64,000 bases of DNA, from assembly GCA_964057225.1 (NCBI GenBank), contig OZ059896.1:17918001-17982000 (forward strand). The letters are read 5' to 3'. The stretch comes from Auanema rhodensis (Eukaryota; Animalia; Nematoda). Of this stretch, positions 13,401 through 28,700 are shown piece by piece (the stretch's first letter is position 1; every line of letters begins with the position of its first letter). Below the pieces are notes generated by a model. That model was not told where the DNA came from and ran no database searches. It worked only from the letters and a program-made list of their open reading frames with translations. Position numbers and translations under genes: made by a program.

Positions 13401-13737
13401 ATCGCAAGCGTCCAGCCAATACTCCCTTCTTCTTCCATCTTTCTTCCCGATATTCCGTATTCACATTCCTATTCGACTATATTAGTATGTCTTCCAAACT
13501 CATCATCTCTATATACTATTTATAACTTATTTTATTCATTTTTTCTGCATATTCTAACCTTCTTTTCAAGTTTTTTTTACCTCGGCGAATCAAGTGATGT
13601 TACAAGAATCAGCATAGTTGTATCTATTTCGTTTTTTTTGTCATTTCTAACCTCCATAAAATAAGAAATTGAAGATTATTACAGATTAATGTTTTCCTTC
13701 CATCATATAATCCTCATACCTCTCAAAACTTAGGATT

Positions 13738-16700
13738 ATGTCATCTTGGTTTTCGTATTTTACGTAAGTGCAATTAGATTTATTTTTTTAGTTTTATCCT
13801 TTCTTATATTTAAATTATTTACATTTTATCGATTTTTTAGTATTTTCATTGACTACCACAACTATTACTACTACTATTACTATCACTAATTACTTTGCTA
13901 ATTATTTCATTATTTAGTACTATATATTCAAAATTTATTCAAATTTTTTTTATATCTAACTTTGTATTAAAACTTCTAACTTTGAATGAGATATTTTGAA
14001 CTTCTTTATGATCTTTCTGTTTTCTGATTTTTTTAAAGATTATAACATATTTTATAATATGAAAGAAAAATTACAATTTTCATTGTTTTAATTTTTTATT
14101 CAATCATTAAACTTACCAAGAACTAAAATATTATTTTTCCATTCTATTTTAAGAGAAAATATCCTATTTTATGAACCTAAAAAGATATAATTATAATATT
14201 ATTATTTTAACTGTGAACATACTATTATTTTAAGCTACTATTTTATAAAAAACAACAAAATTGCTGTTTTAAAAGAAATTATTTCAATTATTCCTAAATT
14301 AACTTAGTAATTTATATAGATACACATACATTTCATGGAAATTTAGCACAAAAACTAGAAAAAAACTTTGTTTATTTGTTTGTTTACTCTTTCATTGTAG
14401 TAGACGTCTACCAGATGTACCGGAGAATGTAGAGGAAGAAGAACTAGCAGAAGAGCAGCATGCTCAATCTCCAACAGACCATGTAATTCTATTATATTCT
14501 TCGTTTTTACTAATTTCTGTGCAATTTTTAGTCACCTCCTCAAAGCTCTTCTGCTATACCCGGCCATCTGGAGTATGCAATGGATGAACTATCATTACAA
14601 CAGCGGGCTGCTATTGAAGAAGTCAGTTGCATTAAGAGAAAATATAACAGAAATTTACCCTTTTCCTACTTGTAGGTACTTCAAAGGGCTGAATCATCAC
14701 GTAAAGAAGCTCGGATAGTTATCGACAGCACACGTCTGAACAGATTAAAGAAAATTCCCAAAATGACGGCAGAATCTACTAGATCGTTTAGCGTTGAAGA
14801 CGCAAATATACGTGACAGTGACAGCGACGAGGAAAGGCAGAAACAGTTGATACAGATGGATTCCATACCTGAAAGTGAGTATATATGAAAGAAAGAGAGA
14901 AACGTGAATTTGAAATAGAGATAAACTGTTATAATGATATTTCAGGTGTTACTATTTCTGTGCTAGAAGTCGAAAGTACAAGTTTAACACCTGTACGAGA
15001 AAGATTAAAACATGAAGATAATGTTGAAACAGAAGAAGAAAAAATAGATGAAGAAAAAGGTATGAAAGCCATATATATATTCAAGTTGATAAACGAATAC
15101 GAATAAAATTTATAGAAATACCTCTAACTACAAGTATTGGCTCACGCATGAAGTTAATACGAACACATATAGCTCAATGGTTTAATTCACTTGATTATGA
15201 TGGCGATTATATGTCTCTTACAAATAATACGGGATATCAGGGTCTGTAAAGCAAATATATGAAATTATTTATCTTAACTTTTGATGTGCATAATTAACGA
15301 TTTAACAACACACGTTTTCAGATAAACGGATAAAAATTCAAGTATCACTTCAGCCTTTAGTTATGGATTATATAAATGCTCTTTCAAGCGGGATTGTTAT
15401 AGCTGCTACATTGGAATATTGTCAAAAAGCCTTAGAGGGTTCACCATTATTCAAAGCATACTGTCATGATTTATGCGAAACTATCTTTCAATTGGCGTAC
15501 AGCCAGCTTATACTTAGCTCCATCGATGATGAGAACATTCGCCAGCTTAATGGCTATTGCTCAAAGCTGGCATTAGACGTTATGGATACGGTTTATTTCA
15601 TAATACTTAATCGTACATTAGAAGATATTAGTTCACCTATGACAGAAATTCAGCAATTGAGTCAACTTCATCGATCACGTTCTTTTGTTAGTGCAGCAGA
15701 GTTAGAATCTGTAATCGAACGATTATCAGAAGATTTTGGTAAGCTTATATCTATAAAGGTCTTGCTAAATTTCACTTGCAGATGAGGAGGATTCTGTTTA
15801 TTCTTCAGTGAGTACTTCTTCTATTCTCTGTTATGAGGTATGATTATACAGATTTACAAAATATTTTTAAAGAGAATTGTCTTTGATTTAGGTACTTGCT
15901 GATTCGATTAATGAGCCAAATGAAGAAGAAATAGATAAAATTGATATTAATGAGTTCGATGAAGTCGTTAGCACGATATACGAACATCAACCGCTTGATC
16001 TACGGCGCTGCCTTCGCGATAATGTACTAGTAGAGCAATGGTCGGAGGAGCAAATTTTGATGATGGAAGAACATGCGATTTGTGAAAAGGCAGCAGTTGT
16101 AACACCTGAATCACAAGTTAAAGTCATTATTAGCCCCGCAACACCACTGACACCACCCCCGCGTCCACCACCTCCTCGCAACATTCAGTACTACTCCAGC
16201 GAAGAAGACTCCGAAGAACAATTATACGATTCAGGTTTGTTTCCTGAAGCTATATTTTCTGATATTTCACAAAACAACATCGAAAACGTTGACAATTACG
16301 GAATAGATGAAGATTCGACAAATGTTGTAGATGATAGCACGGACAATAGAACGAAGGACTATCAGAAAGCAATTGAAACAACGCAGGCAGAAGTTACATA
16401 TGTTCCAAAAGGTCAATGCTTCCCAAGCCAAACTTCAGTTGATAAGCCAGTTCCACCTCCACGTCCTCTACCACCTCAGGTTACCATCTCTGAAGATCAA
16501 GGTGATGACCGTTCCAGTGTTACATCTGGTGCTGACGTTGACAGAAGCTTCGATGCTTCTAGTTCTTTCGATCAGTATCCCGGACCATCAACATCTGAAA
16601 AGCCAAATGAAGAAGTAATCTCACTCTACCCAACTGATAAGCCAGAAGATCCTATAGCTTTAACCGAGGAAGAGCTACAATACCTTTCTCGAATTCAAAG

Positions 16701-19700
16701 ATTGGCCGAGGAAAGTGCGTTCGAGCAAGTTGTTCCACCTCCACGTCCTCTACCACCTCAGGTTACCATCTCTGAAGACCAAGGTGATGACCGTTCCAGT
16801 CATACATCTGGTGCTGACGTTGACAGAAGCTTCGACGCTTCTAGTCCATTCGATCAGTATCCCGGACCATCAACTTCTGAAAACCCAAATGAAGAAGTAA
16901 TCTCACTCTACCCAACTGAAAAGCCAGAAGATCCTATAGCTTTAACCGAGGAAGAGCTAGAGCATATTGCTCGAATTCAACGATTGGCAGAGGAAAGTGC
17001 GTTTGCGCAAATTGCTCCACCTCCACGTCCTCTACCACCTCAGGTTACTATCTCTGAAGACCAAGGTGATGACCGTTCCAGTCATACATCTGGTGCTGAC
17101 GTTGACAGAAGCTTCGAAGATTTAGTTGGGGCAGCCCCGACAGAAGAGATTCAAACAGACGACGTCGAAGAAACAGTCGTTGTGGGAACATCCGAGCCTA
17201 TTGATCTCACTCAAGACGAATTAGATTTTATTGTTGGAATTCAGCGATTGCCTAGCCAAACTTCTATTGATAAGCCAGTTCCACCTCCACGTCCTTTACC
17301 ACCTCAGGTTACCATCTCTGAAGACCAAGGTGATGACCGTTCCAGTCATACATCTGGTGCTAACGTTGACAGCAGCTTTGATACTTCTAGTTCATTCGAA
17401 CAGTATCCCGGACCATCAACTTCTGAAAACCCAAATGAAGAAGTAATCTCACTCTACCCAACTGAAAAGCCAGAAGATCCTATAGCTTTAACCGAGGAAG
17501 AGCTACAATACATTTCTCGAATTCAACGATTGGCAGAGGAAAGTGCGTTTGCGCAAATTGCTCCACCTCCACGTCCTCTACCACCTCAGGTTACCATCTC
17601 TGAAGACCAAGGTGATGACCGTTCCAGTCATACATCTGGTGCTGACGTTGACAGAAGCTTCGAAGATTTAGTTGTCGCAGCCCCAACAGAAGAGATTCAA
17701 ACTGACGACGTCGAAGAACCCGTCGTTGTGGGAACATCGGAGCCTATTGATCTCACTCAAGACGAATTAGATTTTATTGTTGGAATTCAGCGATTGCCTA
17801 GCCAAACTTCTATTGATAAGCCAGTTCCACCTCCACGTCCTTTACCACCTCAGGTTACCATCTCTGAAGACAAAGGTGATGACAGTTCTAGTGTTACATC
17901 TGGTGCTGACGTTGACAGAAGCTTCGAAGATTTAGTTGTCGCAGCCCCAACAGAAGAGATTCAAACTGACGACGTCGATGAACCCGTCGTTGTGGGAACA
18001 TCGGAGCCTATTGATCTCACTCGAGACGAATTAGATTTTATTGTTGGAATTCAGCGATTGCCTAGCCAAACTTCTATTGATAAGCCAGTTCCACCTCCAC
18101 GTCCTCTACCACCTCAGGTTACCATTTCTGAAGACCAAGGGGATGACCGTTCCAGTGTTACGTCTGGTGCTGACGTTGACAGAAGCTTCGACGCTTCTAG
18201 TTCATTCGAACAGTATCCCGGACCATCAACTTCGGAAAATCCAAATGAAGAAGTAATCTCACTCTACCCAACTGAAAAGCCGGAAGATCCTATAGCTTTA
18301 ACCGAGGAAGAGCTAGAGCATATTGCTCGAATTCAACGATTGGCAGAGGAAAGTGCGTTCGAGCAAGTTGTTCCACCTCCACGTCCTCTACCACCACAGG
18401 TTACCATCTCTGAAGACCAAGGTGATGACCGTTCCAGTCATACATCTGGTGCTGACGTTGACAGAAGCTTCGAAGATTTAGTTGTCGCAGCCCCAACAGA
18501 AGAGATTCAAACAGAAGACGTCGAAGAAACACTCGTTGTGGGAACATCCGAGCCTATTGATCTCACTCAAGACGAATTAGATTTTATTGTTGGAATTCAG
18601 CGATTGCCTAGCCAAACTTCTATTGATAAGCCAGTTCCACCTTCACGTCCTCTACCACCTCAGGTTACGATCTCTGAAGACCAAAGTGATGACCGTTCCA
18701 GTGTTACATCTGGTGCTGACGTTGACAGAAGCTTCGACGCTTCTAGTTCATTTGATCAGTATCCCGGACCATCAACTTCTGAAAACCCAAATGAAGAAGT
18801 AATCTCACTCTACCCAACTGAAAAGCCAGAAGATCCTATAGCTTTAACCGAGGAAGAGCTAGAGCATATTGCTCGAATTCAACGATTGGCAGAGGAAAGT
18901 GCGTTCGAGCAAGTTGTTCCACCTCCACGTCCTATACCACCACAGGTTACCATCTCTGAAGACCAAGGTGATGACCGTTCCAGTCATACATCTGGTGCTG
19001 ACGTTGACAGAAGCTTCGTAGATTTAGTTCTCGCAGCCCCAACAGAAGAGATTCAAACTGACGACGTCGATGAACCCGTCGTTGTGGGAACATCGGAGCC
19101 TATTGATCTCACTCGAGACGAATTAGATTTTATTGTTGGAATTCAGCGATTGCCTAGCCAAACTTCTATTGATAAGCCAGTTCCACCTCCACGTCCTCTA
19201 CCACCTCAGGTTACGATCTCTGAAGACCAAAGTGATGACCGTTCCAGTGTTACATCTGGTGCTGACGTTGACAGAAGCTTCGACGCTTCTAGTTCATTCG
19301 AACAGTATCGCGGACCATCAACTTCGGAAAATCCAAATGAAGAAGTAATCTCACTCTACCCAACTGAAAAGCCGGAAGATCCTATAGCTTTAACCGAGGA
19401 AGAGCTAGAGCATATTGCTCGAATTCAACGATTGGCAGAGGAAAGTGCGTTCGAGCAAGTTGTTCCACCTCCACGTTTTCTACCACCTCAGGTTACGATC
19501 TCTGAAGACCAAGGTGATGACCGTTCCAGTGTTACATCTGGTGCTGACGTTGACAGAAGCTTCGACGCTTCTAGTTCATTCGAACAGTATCCCGGACCAT
19601 CAACTTCGGAAAATCCAAATGAAGAAGTAATCTCACTCTACCCAACTGAAAAGCCGGAAGATCCTATAGCTTTAACCGAGGAAGAGCTAGAGCATATTGC

Positions 19701-22700
19701 TCGAATTCAACGATTGGCAGAGGAAAGTGCGTTCGAGCAAGTTGTTCCACCTCCACGTCCTCTACCACCACAGGTTACCATCTCTAAAGACCAAAGTGAA
19801 GATCGTTCCAGTGTTACATCTGGTGCTGACGTTGACAGAAGCTTCGAAGATTTAGTTGTCGCAGCCCCAACAGAAGAGATTCAAACTGACGACGTCGAAG
19901 AAACAGTCGTTGTGGGAACATCCGAGCCTATTGATCTCACTCAAGACGAATTAGATTTTATTGTTGGAATTCAGCGCTTGCCAAGCCAAACTTCTGTTGA
20001 TAAGCCAGTTCCACCTCCACGTCCTCTACCACCTCAGGTTACGATCTCTGAAGACCAAGGTGATGACCGTTCCAGTGTTACATCTGGTGCTGACGTTGAC
20101 AGAAGCTTCGACGCTTCTAGTTCATTCGAACAGTATCCCGGACCATCAACTTCTGAAAACCCAAATGAAGAAGTAATCTCACTCTACCCAACTGAAAAGC
20201 CAGAAGATCCTATAGCTTTAACCGAGGAAGAGCTACAATACATTTCTCGAATTCAACGATTGGCAGAGGAAAGTGCGTTCGAGCAAGTTGTTCCACCTCC
20301 ACGTCCTCTACCACCACAGGTTACCATCTCTAAAGACCAAAGTGAAGATCGTTCCAGTGTTACATCTGGTGCTGACGGGGACAGAAGCTTCGAAGATTTA
20401 GTTGTCGCAGCCCCAACAGAAGAGATTCAAACTGACGACGTCGAAGAACCCGTCGTTGTGGGAACATCGGAGCCTATTGATCTCACTCAAGACGAATTAG
20501 ATTTTATTGTTGGAATTCAGCGCTTGCCAAGCCAAACTTCTGTTGATAAGCCAGTTCCACCTCCACGTCCTCTACCACCTCAGGTTACCATCTCTGAAGA
20601 CAAAGGTGATGACAGTTCTAGTGTTACATCTGGTGCTGACGTTGACAGAAGCTTCGAAGATTTAGTTGTCGCAGCCCCAACAGAAGAGATTCAAACTGAC
20701 GACGTCGATGAACCCGTCGTTGTGGGAACATCGGAGCCTATTGATCTCACTCGAGACGAATTAGATTTTATTGTTGGAATTCAGCGATTGCCTAGCCAAA
20801 CTTCTATTGATAAGCCAGTTCCACCTCCACGTCCTCTACCACCTCAGGTTACCATTTCTGAAGACCAAGGGGATGACCGTTCCAGTGTTACGTCTGGTGC
20901 TGACGTTGACAGAAGCTTCGACGCTTCTAGTTCATTCGAACAGTATCCCGGACCATCAACTTCGGAAAATCCAAATGAAGAAGTAATCTCACTCTACCCA
21001 ACTGAAAAGCCGGAAGATCCTATAGCTTTAACCGAGGAAGAGCTAGAGCATATTGCTCGAATTCAACGATTGGCAGAGGAAAGTGCGTTCGAGCAAGTTG
21101 TTCCACCTCCACGTCCTATACCACCACAGGTTACCATCTCTGAAGACCAAGGTGATGACCGTTCCAGTCATACATCTGGTGCTGACGTTGACAGAAGCTT
21201 CGAAGATTTAGTTGTCGCAGCCCCAACAGAAGAGATTCAAACTGACGACGTCGAAGAAACAGTCGTTGTGGGAACATCCGAGCCTATTGATCTCACTCAA
21301 GACGAATTAGATTTTATTGTTGGAATTCAGCGCTTGCCAAGCCAAACTTCTGTTGATAAGCCAGTTCCACCTCCACGTCCTCTACCACCTCAGGTTACGA
21401 TCTCTGAAGACCAAGGTGATGACCGTTCCAGTGTTACATCTGGTGCTGACGTTGACAGAAGCTTCGACGCTTCTAGTTCATTCGAACAGTATCCCGGACC
21501 ATCAACTTCTGAAAACCCAAATGAAGAAGTAATCTCACTCTACCCAACTGAAAAGCCAGAAGATCCTATAGCTTTAACCGAGGAAGAGCTACAATACATT
21601 TCTCGAATTCAACGATTGGCAGAGGAAAGTGCGTTCGAGCAAGTTGTTCCACCTCCACGTCCTCTACCACCACAGGTTACCATCTCTAAAGACCAAAGTG
21701 AAGATCGTTCCAGTGTTACATCTGGTGCTGACGGGGACAGAAGCTTCGAAGATTTAGTTGTCGCAGCCCCAACAGAAGAGATTCAAACTGACGACGTCGA
21801 TGAACCCGTCGTTGTGGGAACATCGGAGCCTATTGATCTCACTCGAGACGAATTAGATTTTATTGTTGGAATTCAGCGCTTGCCAAGCCAAACTTCTGTT
21901 GATAAGCCAGTTCCACCTCCACGTCCTCTACCACCTCAGGTTACCATCTCTGAAGACAAAGGTGATGACAGTTCTAGTGTTACATCTGGTGCTGACGTTG
22001 ACAGAAGCTTCGAAGATTTAGTTGTCGCAGCCCCAACAGAAGAGATTCAAACTGACGACGTCGATGAACCCGTCGTTGTGGGAACATCGGAGCCTATTGA
22101 TCTCACTCGAGACGAATTAGATTTTATTGTTGGAATTCAGCGATTGCCTAGCCAAACTTCTATTGATAAGCCAGTTCCACCTCCACGTCCTCTACCACCT
22201 CAGGTTACCATTTCTGAAGACCAAGGGGATGACCGTTCCAGTGTTACGTCTGGTGCTGACGTTGACAGAAGCTTCGACGCTTCTAGTTCATTCGAACAGT
22301 ATCCCGGACCATCAACTTCGGAAAATCCAAATGAAGAAGTAATCTCACTCTACCCAACTGAAAAGCCGGAAGATCCTATAGCTTTAACCGAGGAAGAGCT
22401 AGAGCATATTGCTCGAATTCAACGATTGGCAGAGGAAAGTGCGTTCGAGCAAGTTGTTCCACCTCCACGTCCTCTACCACCACAGGTTACCATCTCTAAA
22501 GACCAAAGTGAAGATCGTTCCAGTGTTACATCTGGTGCTGACGTTGACAGAAGCTTCGACGCTTCTAGTTCATTCGAACAGTATCCCGGACCATCAACTT
22601 CTGAAAACCCAAATGAAGAAGTAATCTCACTCTACCCAACTGAAAAGCCGGAAGATCCTATAGCTTTAACCGAGGAAGAGCTAGAGCATATTGCTCGAAT

Positions 22701-25700
22701 TCAACGATTGGCAGAGGAAAGTGCGTTCGTGCAAGTTGTTCCACCTCCACGTCCTCTACCACCTCAGGTTACCATCTCTGAAGACCAAGGTGATGACCGT
22801 TCCAGTCATACATCTGGTGCTGACGTTGACAGAAGCTTCGAAGATTTAGTTGTCGCAGCCCCGACAGAAGAGATTCAAACTGACGACGTCGAAGAACCCG
22901 TCGTTGTGGGAACATCGGAGCCTATTGATCTCACTCAAGACGAATTAGATTTTATTGTTGGAATTCAGCGATTGCCAAGCCAAACTTCTGTTGATAAGCC
23001 AGTTCCACCTCCACGTCCTCTACCACCTCAGGTTACCATTTCTGAAGACCAAGGGGATGACCGTTCCAGTGTTACGTCTGGTGCTGACGTTGACAGAAGC
23101 TTCGACGCTTCTAGTTCATTCGAACAGTATCCCGGACCATCAACTTCGGAAAATCCAAATGAAGAAGTAATCTCACTCTACCCAACTGAAAAGCCGGAAG
23201 ATCCTATAGCTTTAACCGAGGAAGAGCTACAATACATTTCTCGAATTCAACGATTGGCAGAGGAAAGTGCGTTCGAGCAAGTTGTTCCACCTCCACGTCC
23301 TCTACCACCACAGGTTACCATCTCTAAAGACCAAAGTGAAGATCGTTCCAGTGTTACATCTGGTGCTGACGTTGACAGAAGCTTCGAAGATTTAGTTGTC
23401 GCAGCCCCAACAGAAGAGATTCAAACTGACGACGTCGAAGAACCCGTCGTTGTGGGAACATCGGAGCCTATTGATCTCACTCAAGACGAATTAGATTTTA
23501 TTGTTGGAATTCAGCGCTTGCCAAGCCAAACTTCTGTTGATAAGCCAGTTCCACCTCCACGTCCTCTACCACCTCAGGTTACCATCTCTGAAGACAAAGG
23601 TGATGAGAGTTCTAGTGTTACATCTGGTGCTGACGTTGACAGAAGCTTCGAAGATTTAGTTGTCGCAGCCCCAACAGAAGAGATTCAAACTGACGACGTC
23701 GAAGAAACAGTCGTTGTGGGAACATCCGAGCCTATTGATCTCACTCAAGACGAATTAGATTTTATTGTTGGAATTCAGCGCTTGCCAAGCCAAACTTCTG
23801 TTGATAAGCCAGTTCCACCTCCACGTCCTCTACCACCTCAGGTTACGATCTCTGAAGACCAAAGTGATGACCGATCCAGTGTTACATCTGGTGCTGACGT
23901 TGACAGAAGCTTCGATGCTTCTAGTTCTTTCGATCAGTATCCCGCACCATCAACTTCGGAAAAACCAAAAGAAGAAGTAATCTCACTCTACCCAAGTGAT
24001 AAGCCAGAAGATCCTATAGCTTTAACCGAGGAAGAGCTACAGCACATTGCTGAAATTCAAAGATTGGCCGAGGAAAGTGCGTTCGAGCAAGTTGTTCCAC
24101 CTCCACGTCCTCTACCACCTCAGGTTACCATCTCTGAAGACCAAAGTGAAGATCGTTCCAGTGTCACATCTGGTGCTGACGTTAACAGAAGCTTCGAAGA
24201 TTTAGTCGTCGCAGCCCCAACAGAAGAGATTCAAACTGACGACGTCGAAGAACCCGTCGTTGTGGGAACATCGGAGCCTATTGATCTCACTCAAGACGAA
24301 TTAGATTTTATTGTTGGAATTCAGCGCTTGCCAAGCCAAACTTCTGTTGATAAGCCAGTTCCACCTCCACGTCCTCTACCACCTCAGGTTACCATCTCTG
24401 AAGACAAAGGTGATGACAGTTCTAGTGTTACATCTGGTGCTGACGTTAACAGAAGCTTCGAAGATTTAGTCGTCGCAGCCCCAACAGAAGAGATTCAAAC
24501 AGACGACGTCGAAAAAACCGTCGTTGTGGGAACATCTCAGCCTATTGATCTCACTCAAGACGAATTAGATTTTATTGTTGGAATTCAGCGCATGCCAAGC
24601 CAAACTTCTGTTGATAAGCCAGTTCCACCTCCACGTCCTCTACCACCTCAGGTTACCATCTCTGAAGACTACGGTGATGACCATTCCAGTGTTACATCTG
24701 GTGCTGACGTTAACAGAAGCTTCGAAGATTTAGTTGTCGCAGCCCCGACAGAAGAGATTCAAACAGACGACGTCGAAGAAACAGTCGTTGTGGGAACATC
24801 CGAGCCTATTGATCTCACTCAAGACGAATTAGATTTTATTGTTGGAATTCAGCGCATGCCAAGCCAAACTTCTGTAGATAAGCCAGTTCCACCTCCACGT
24901 CCTGTACCACCTCAGGTTACCATCTCTGAAGACCACGGTGATGATCATTCCAGTGTTACATCTGGTGCTGACGTTGACAGAAGCTTCGATGCTTCTAGTT
25001 CTTTCGATCAGTATCCCGCACCATCAACTTCGGAAAAACCAAAAGAAGAAGTAATCTCACTCTACCCAAGTGATAAGCCAGAAGATCCTATAGCTTTAAC
25101 CGAGGAAGAGCTACAGCACATTGCTGAAATTCAAAGATTGGCCGAGGAAAGTGCGTTCGTGCAAGTTGTTCCACCTCCACGTCCTCTACCACCTCAGGTT
25201 ACCATCTCTGAAGACCACGGTGATGACCATTCCAGTGTTACATCTGGTGCTGACGTTGACAGAAGCTTCGAAGATTTAGTTGTCGCAGCCCCAAAAGAAG
25301 AGATTCAAACAGAAGACGTCGAAGAAACAGTCGTTGTGGGAACATCCGAGCCTATTGATCTCACTCAAGACGAATTAGATTTTATTGTTGGAATTCAGCG
25401 ATTGCCTAGCCAAACTTCTATTGATAAGCCAGTTCCACCTCCACGTCCTCTACCACCTCAGGTTACCATCTCTGAAGACCACGGTGATGACCATTCCAGT
25501 GTTACATCTGGTGCTGACGTTGACAGAAGCTTCGACGCTTCTAGTTCATTCGAACAGTATCCCGGACCATCAACTTCGGAAAATCCAAATGAAGAAGTAA
25601 TCTCACTCTACCCAACTGAAAAGCCGGAAGATCCTATAGCTTTAACCGAGGAAGAGCTAGAGCATATTGCTCGAATTCAACGATTGGCAGAGGAAAGTGC

Positions 25701-28700
25701 GTTCGAGCAAGTTATTCCACCTCCACGTCCTCTACCACCTCAGGTTACCATCTCTAAAGACCAAAGTGAAGATCGTTCCAGTGTTACATCTGGTGCTGAC
25801 GTTGACAGAAGCTTCGAAGATTTAGTTGTCGCAGCCCCAACAGAAGAGATTCAAACTGACGACGTCGAAGAAACAGTCGTTGTGGGAACATCCGAGCCTA
25901 TTGATCTCACTCAAGACGAATTAGATTTTATTGTTGGAATTCAGCGCATGCCAAGCCAAACTTCTGTTGATAAGACAGTTCCACCTCCACGTCCTCTACC
26001 ACCTCAGGTTACCATCTCTGAAGACCACGGTGATGACCGTTCCAGTCATACATCTGGTGCTGACGTTAACAGAAGCTTCGAAGATTTAGTTGTCGCAGCC
26101 CCGACAGAAGAGATTCAAACAGACGACGTCGAAGAAACAGTCGTTGTGGGAACATCCGAGCCTATTGATCTCACTCAAGACGAATTAGATTTTATTGTTG
26201 GAATTCAGCGCATGCGAAGCCAAACTTCTGTAGATAAGCCAGTTCCACCTCCACGTCCTCTACCACCTCAGGTTACCATCTCTGAAGACCACGGTGATGA
26301 CCATTCCAGTGTTACATCTGGTGCTGACGTTAACAGAAGCTTCGAAGATTTAGTTGTCGCAGCCCCGACAGAAGAGATTCAAACAGACGACGTCGAAGAA
26401 ACAGTCGTTGTGGGAACATCCGAGCCTATTGATCTCACTCAAGACGAATTAGATTTTATTGTTGGAATTCAGCGCATGCGAAGCCAAACTTCTGTAGATA
26501 AGCCAGTTCCACCTCCACGTCCTCTACCACCTCAGGTTACCATCTCTGAAGACCACGGTGATGACCATTCCAGTGTTACATCTGGTGCTGACGTTAACAG
26601 AAGCTTCGAAGATTTAGTTGTCGCAGCCCCGACAGAAGAGATTCAAACAGACGACGTCGAAGAAACAGTCGTTGTGGGAACATCCGAGCCTATTGATCTC
26701 ACTCAAGACGAATTAGATTTTATTGTTGGAATTCAGCGCATGCCAAGCCAAACTTCTGTAGATAAGCCAGTTCCACCTCCACGTCCTCTACCACCTCAGG
26801 TTACCATCTCTGAAGACCACGGTGATGACCGTTCCAGTCATACATCTGGTGCTGACGTTGACAGAAGCTTCGATGCTTCTAGTTCTTTCGATCAGTATCC
26901 CGCACCATCAACTTCGGAAAAACCAAAAGAAGAAGTAATCTCACTCTACCCAAGTGATAAGCCAGAAGATCCTATAGCTTTAACCGAGGAAGAGCTACAG
27001 CACATTGCTGAAATTCAAAGATTGGCCGAGGAAAGTGCGTTCGTGCAAGTTGTTCCACCTCCACGTCCTCTATCACCTCAGGTTACCATCTCTGAAGACC
27101 ACGGTGATGACCATTCCAGTGTTACATCTGGTGCTGACGTTAACAGAAGCTTCGAAGATTTAGTTGTCGCAGCCCCGACAGAAGAGATTCAAACAGACGA
27201 CGTCGAAGAAACAGTCGTTGTGGGAACATCCGAGCCTATTGATCTCACTCAAGACGAATTAGATTTTATTGTTGGAATTCAGCGCATGCCAAGCCAAACT
27301 TCTGTTGATAAGACAGTTCCACCTCCACGTCCTCTACCACCTCAGGTTACCATCTCTGAAGACCACGGTGATGACCGTTCCAGTCATACATCTGGTGCTG
27401 ACGTTAACAGAAGCTTCGAAGATTTAGTTGTCGCAGCCCCGACAGAAGAGATTCAAACAGACGACGTCGAAGAAACAGTCGTTGTGGGAACATCCGAGCC
27501 TATTGATCTCACTCAAGACGAATTAGATTTTATTGTTGGAATTCAGCGCATGCGAAGCCAAACTTCTGTAGATAAGCCAGTTCCACCTCCACGTCCTCTA
27601 CCACCTCAGGTTACCATCTCTGAAGACCACGGTGATGACCATTCCAGTGTTACATCTGGTGCTGACGTTAACAGAAGCTTCGAAGATTTAGTTGTCGCAG
27701 CCCCGACAGAAGAGATTCAAACAGACGACGTCGAAGAAACAGTCGTTGTGGGAACATCCGAGCCTATTGATCTCACTCAAGACGAATTAGATTTTATTGT
27801 TGGAATTCAGCGCATGCGAAGCCAAACTTCTGTAGATAAGCCAGTTCCACCTCCACGTCCTCTACCACCTCAGGTTACCATCTCTGAAGACCACGGTGAT
27901 GACCATTCCAGTGTTACATCTGGTGCTGACGTTAACAGAAGCTTCGAAGATTTAGTTGTCGCAGCCCCGACAGAAGAGATTCAAACAGACGACGTCGAAG
28001 AAACAGTCGTTGTGGGAACATCCGAGCCTATTGATCTCACTCAAGACGAATTAGATTTTATTGTTGGAATTCAGCGCATGCCAAGCCAAACTTCTGTAGA
28101 TAAGCCAGTTCCACCTCCACGTCCTCTACCACCTCAGGTTACCATCTCTGAAGACCACGGTGATGACCGTTCCAGTCATACATCTGGTGCTGACGTTGAC
28201 AGAAGCTTCGATGCTTCTAGTTCTTTCGATCAGTATCCCGCACCATCAACTTCGGAAAAACCAAAAGAAGAAGTAATCTCACTCTACCCAAGTGATAAGC
28301 CAGAAGATCCTATAGCTTTAACCGAGGAAGAGCTACAGCACATTGCTGAAATTCAAAGATTGGCCGAGGAAAGTGCGTTCGTGCAAGTTGTTCCACCTCC
28401 ACGTCCTCTATCACCTCAGGTTACCATCTCTGAAGACCACGGTGATGACCATTCCAGTGTTACATCTGGTGCTGACGTTAACAGAAGCTTCGAAGATTTA
28501 GTTGTCGCAGCCCCGACAGAAGAGATTCAAACAGACGACGTCGAAGAAACAGTCGTTGTGGGAACATCCGAGCCTATTGATCTCACTCGAGACGAATTAG
28601 ATTTTATTGTTGGAATTCAGCGCTTGCCAAGCCAAACTTCTGTTGATAAGCCAGTTCCACCTCCACGTCCTCTACCACCTCAGGTTACCATCTCTGAAGA

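Noticed and set aside
10420-13730. A hidden protein-coding gene between nol-10 and the cla-1-like gene (short ORFs at 11247, 12522, 12646, 13294, 13380)
   Set aside because: No recognisable homology or consistent exon chain; more likely upstream regulatory or 5'UTR sequence.
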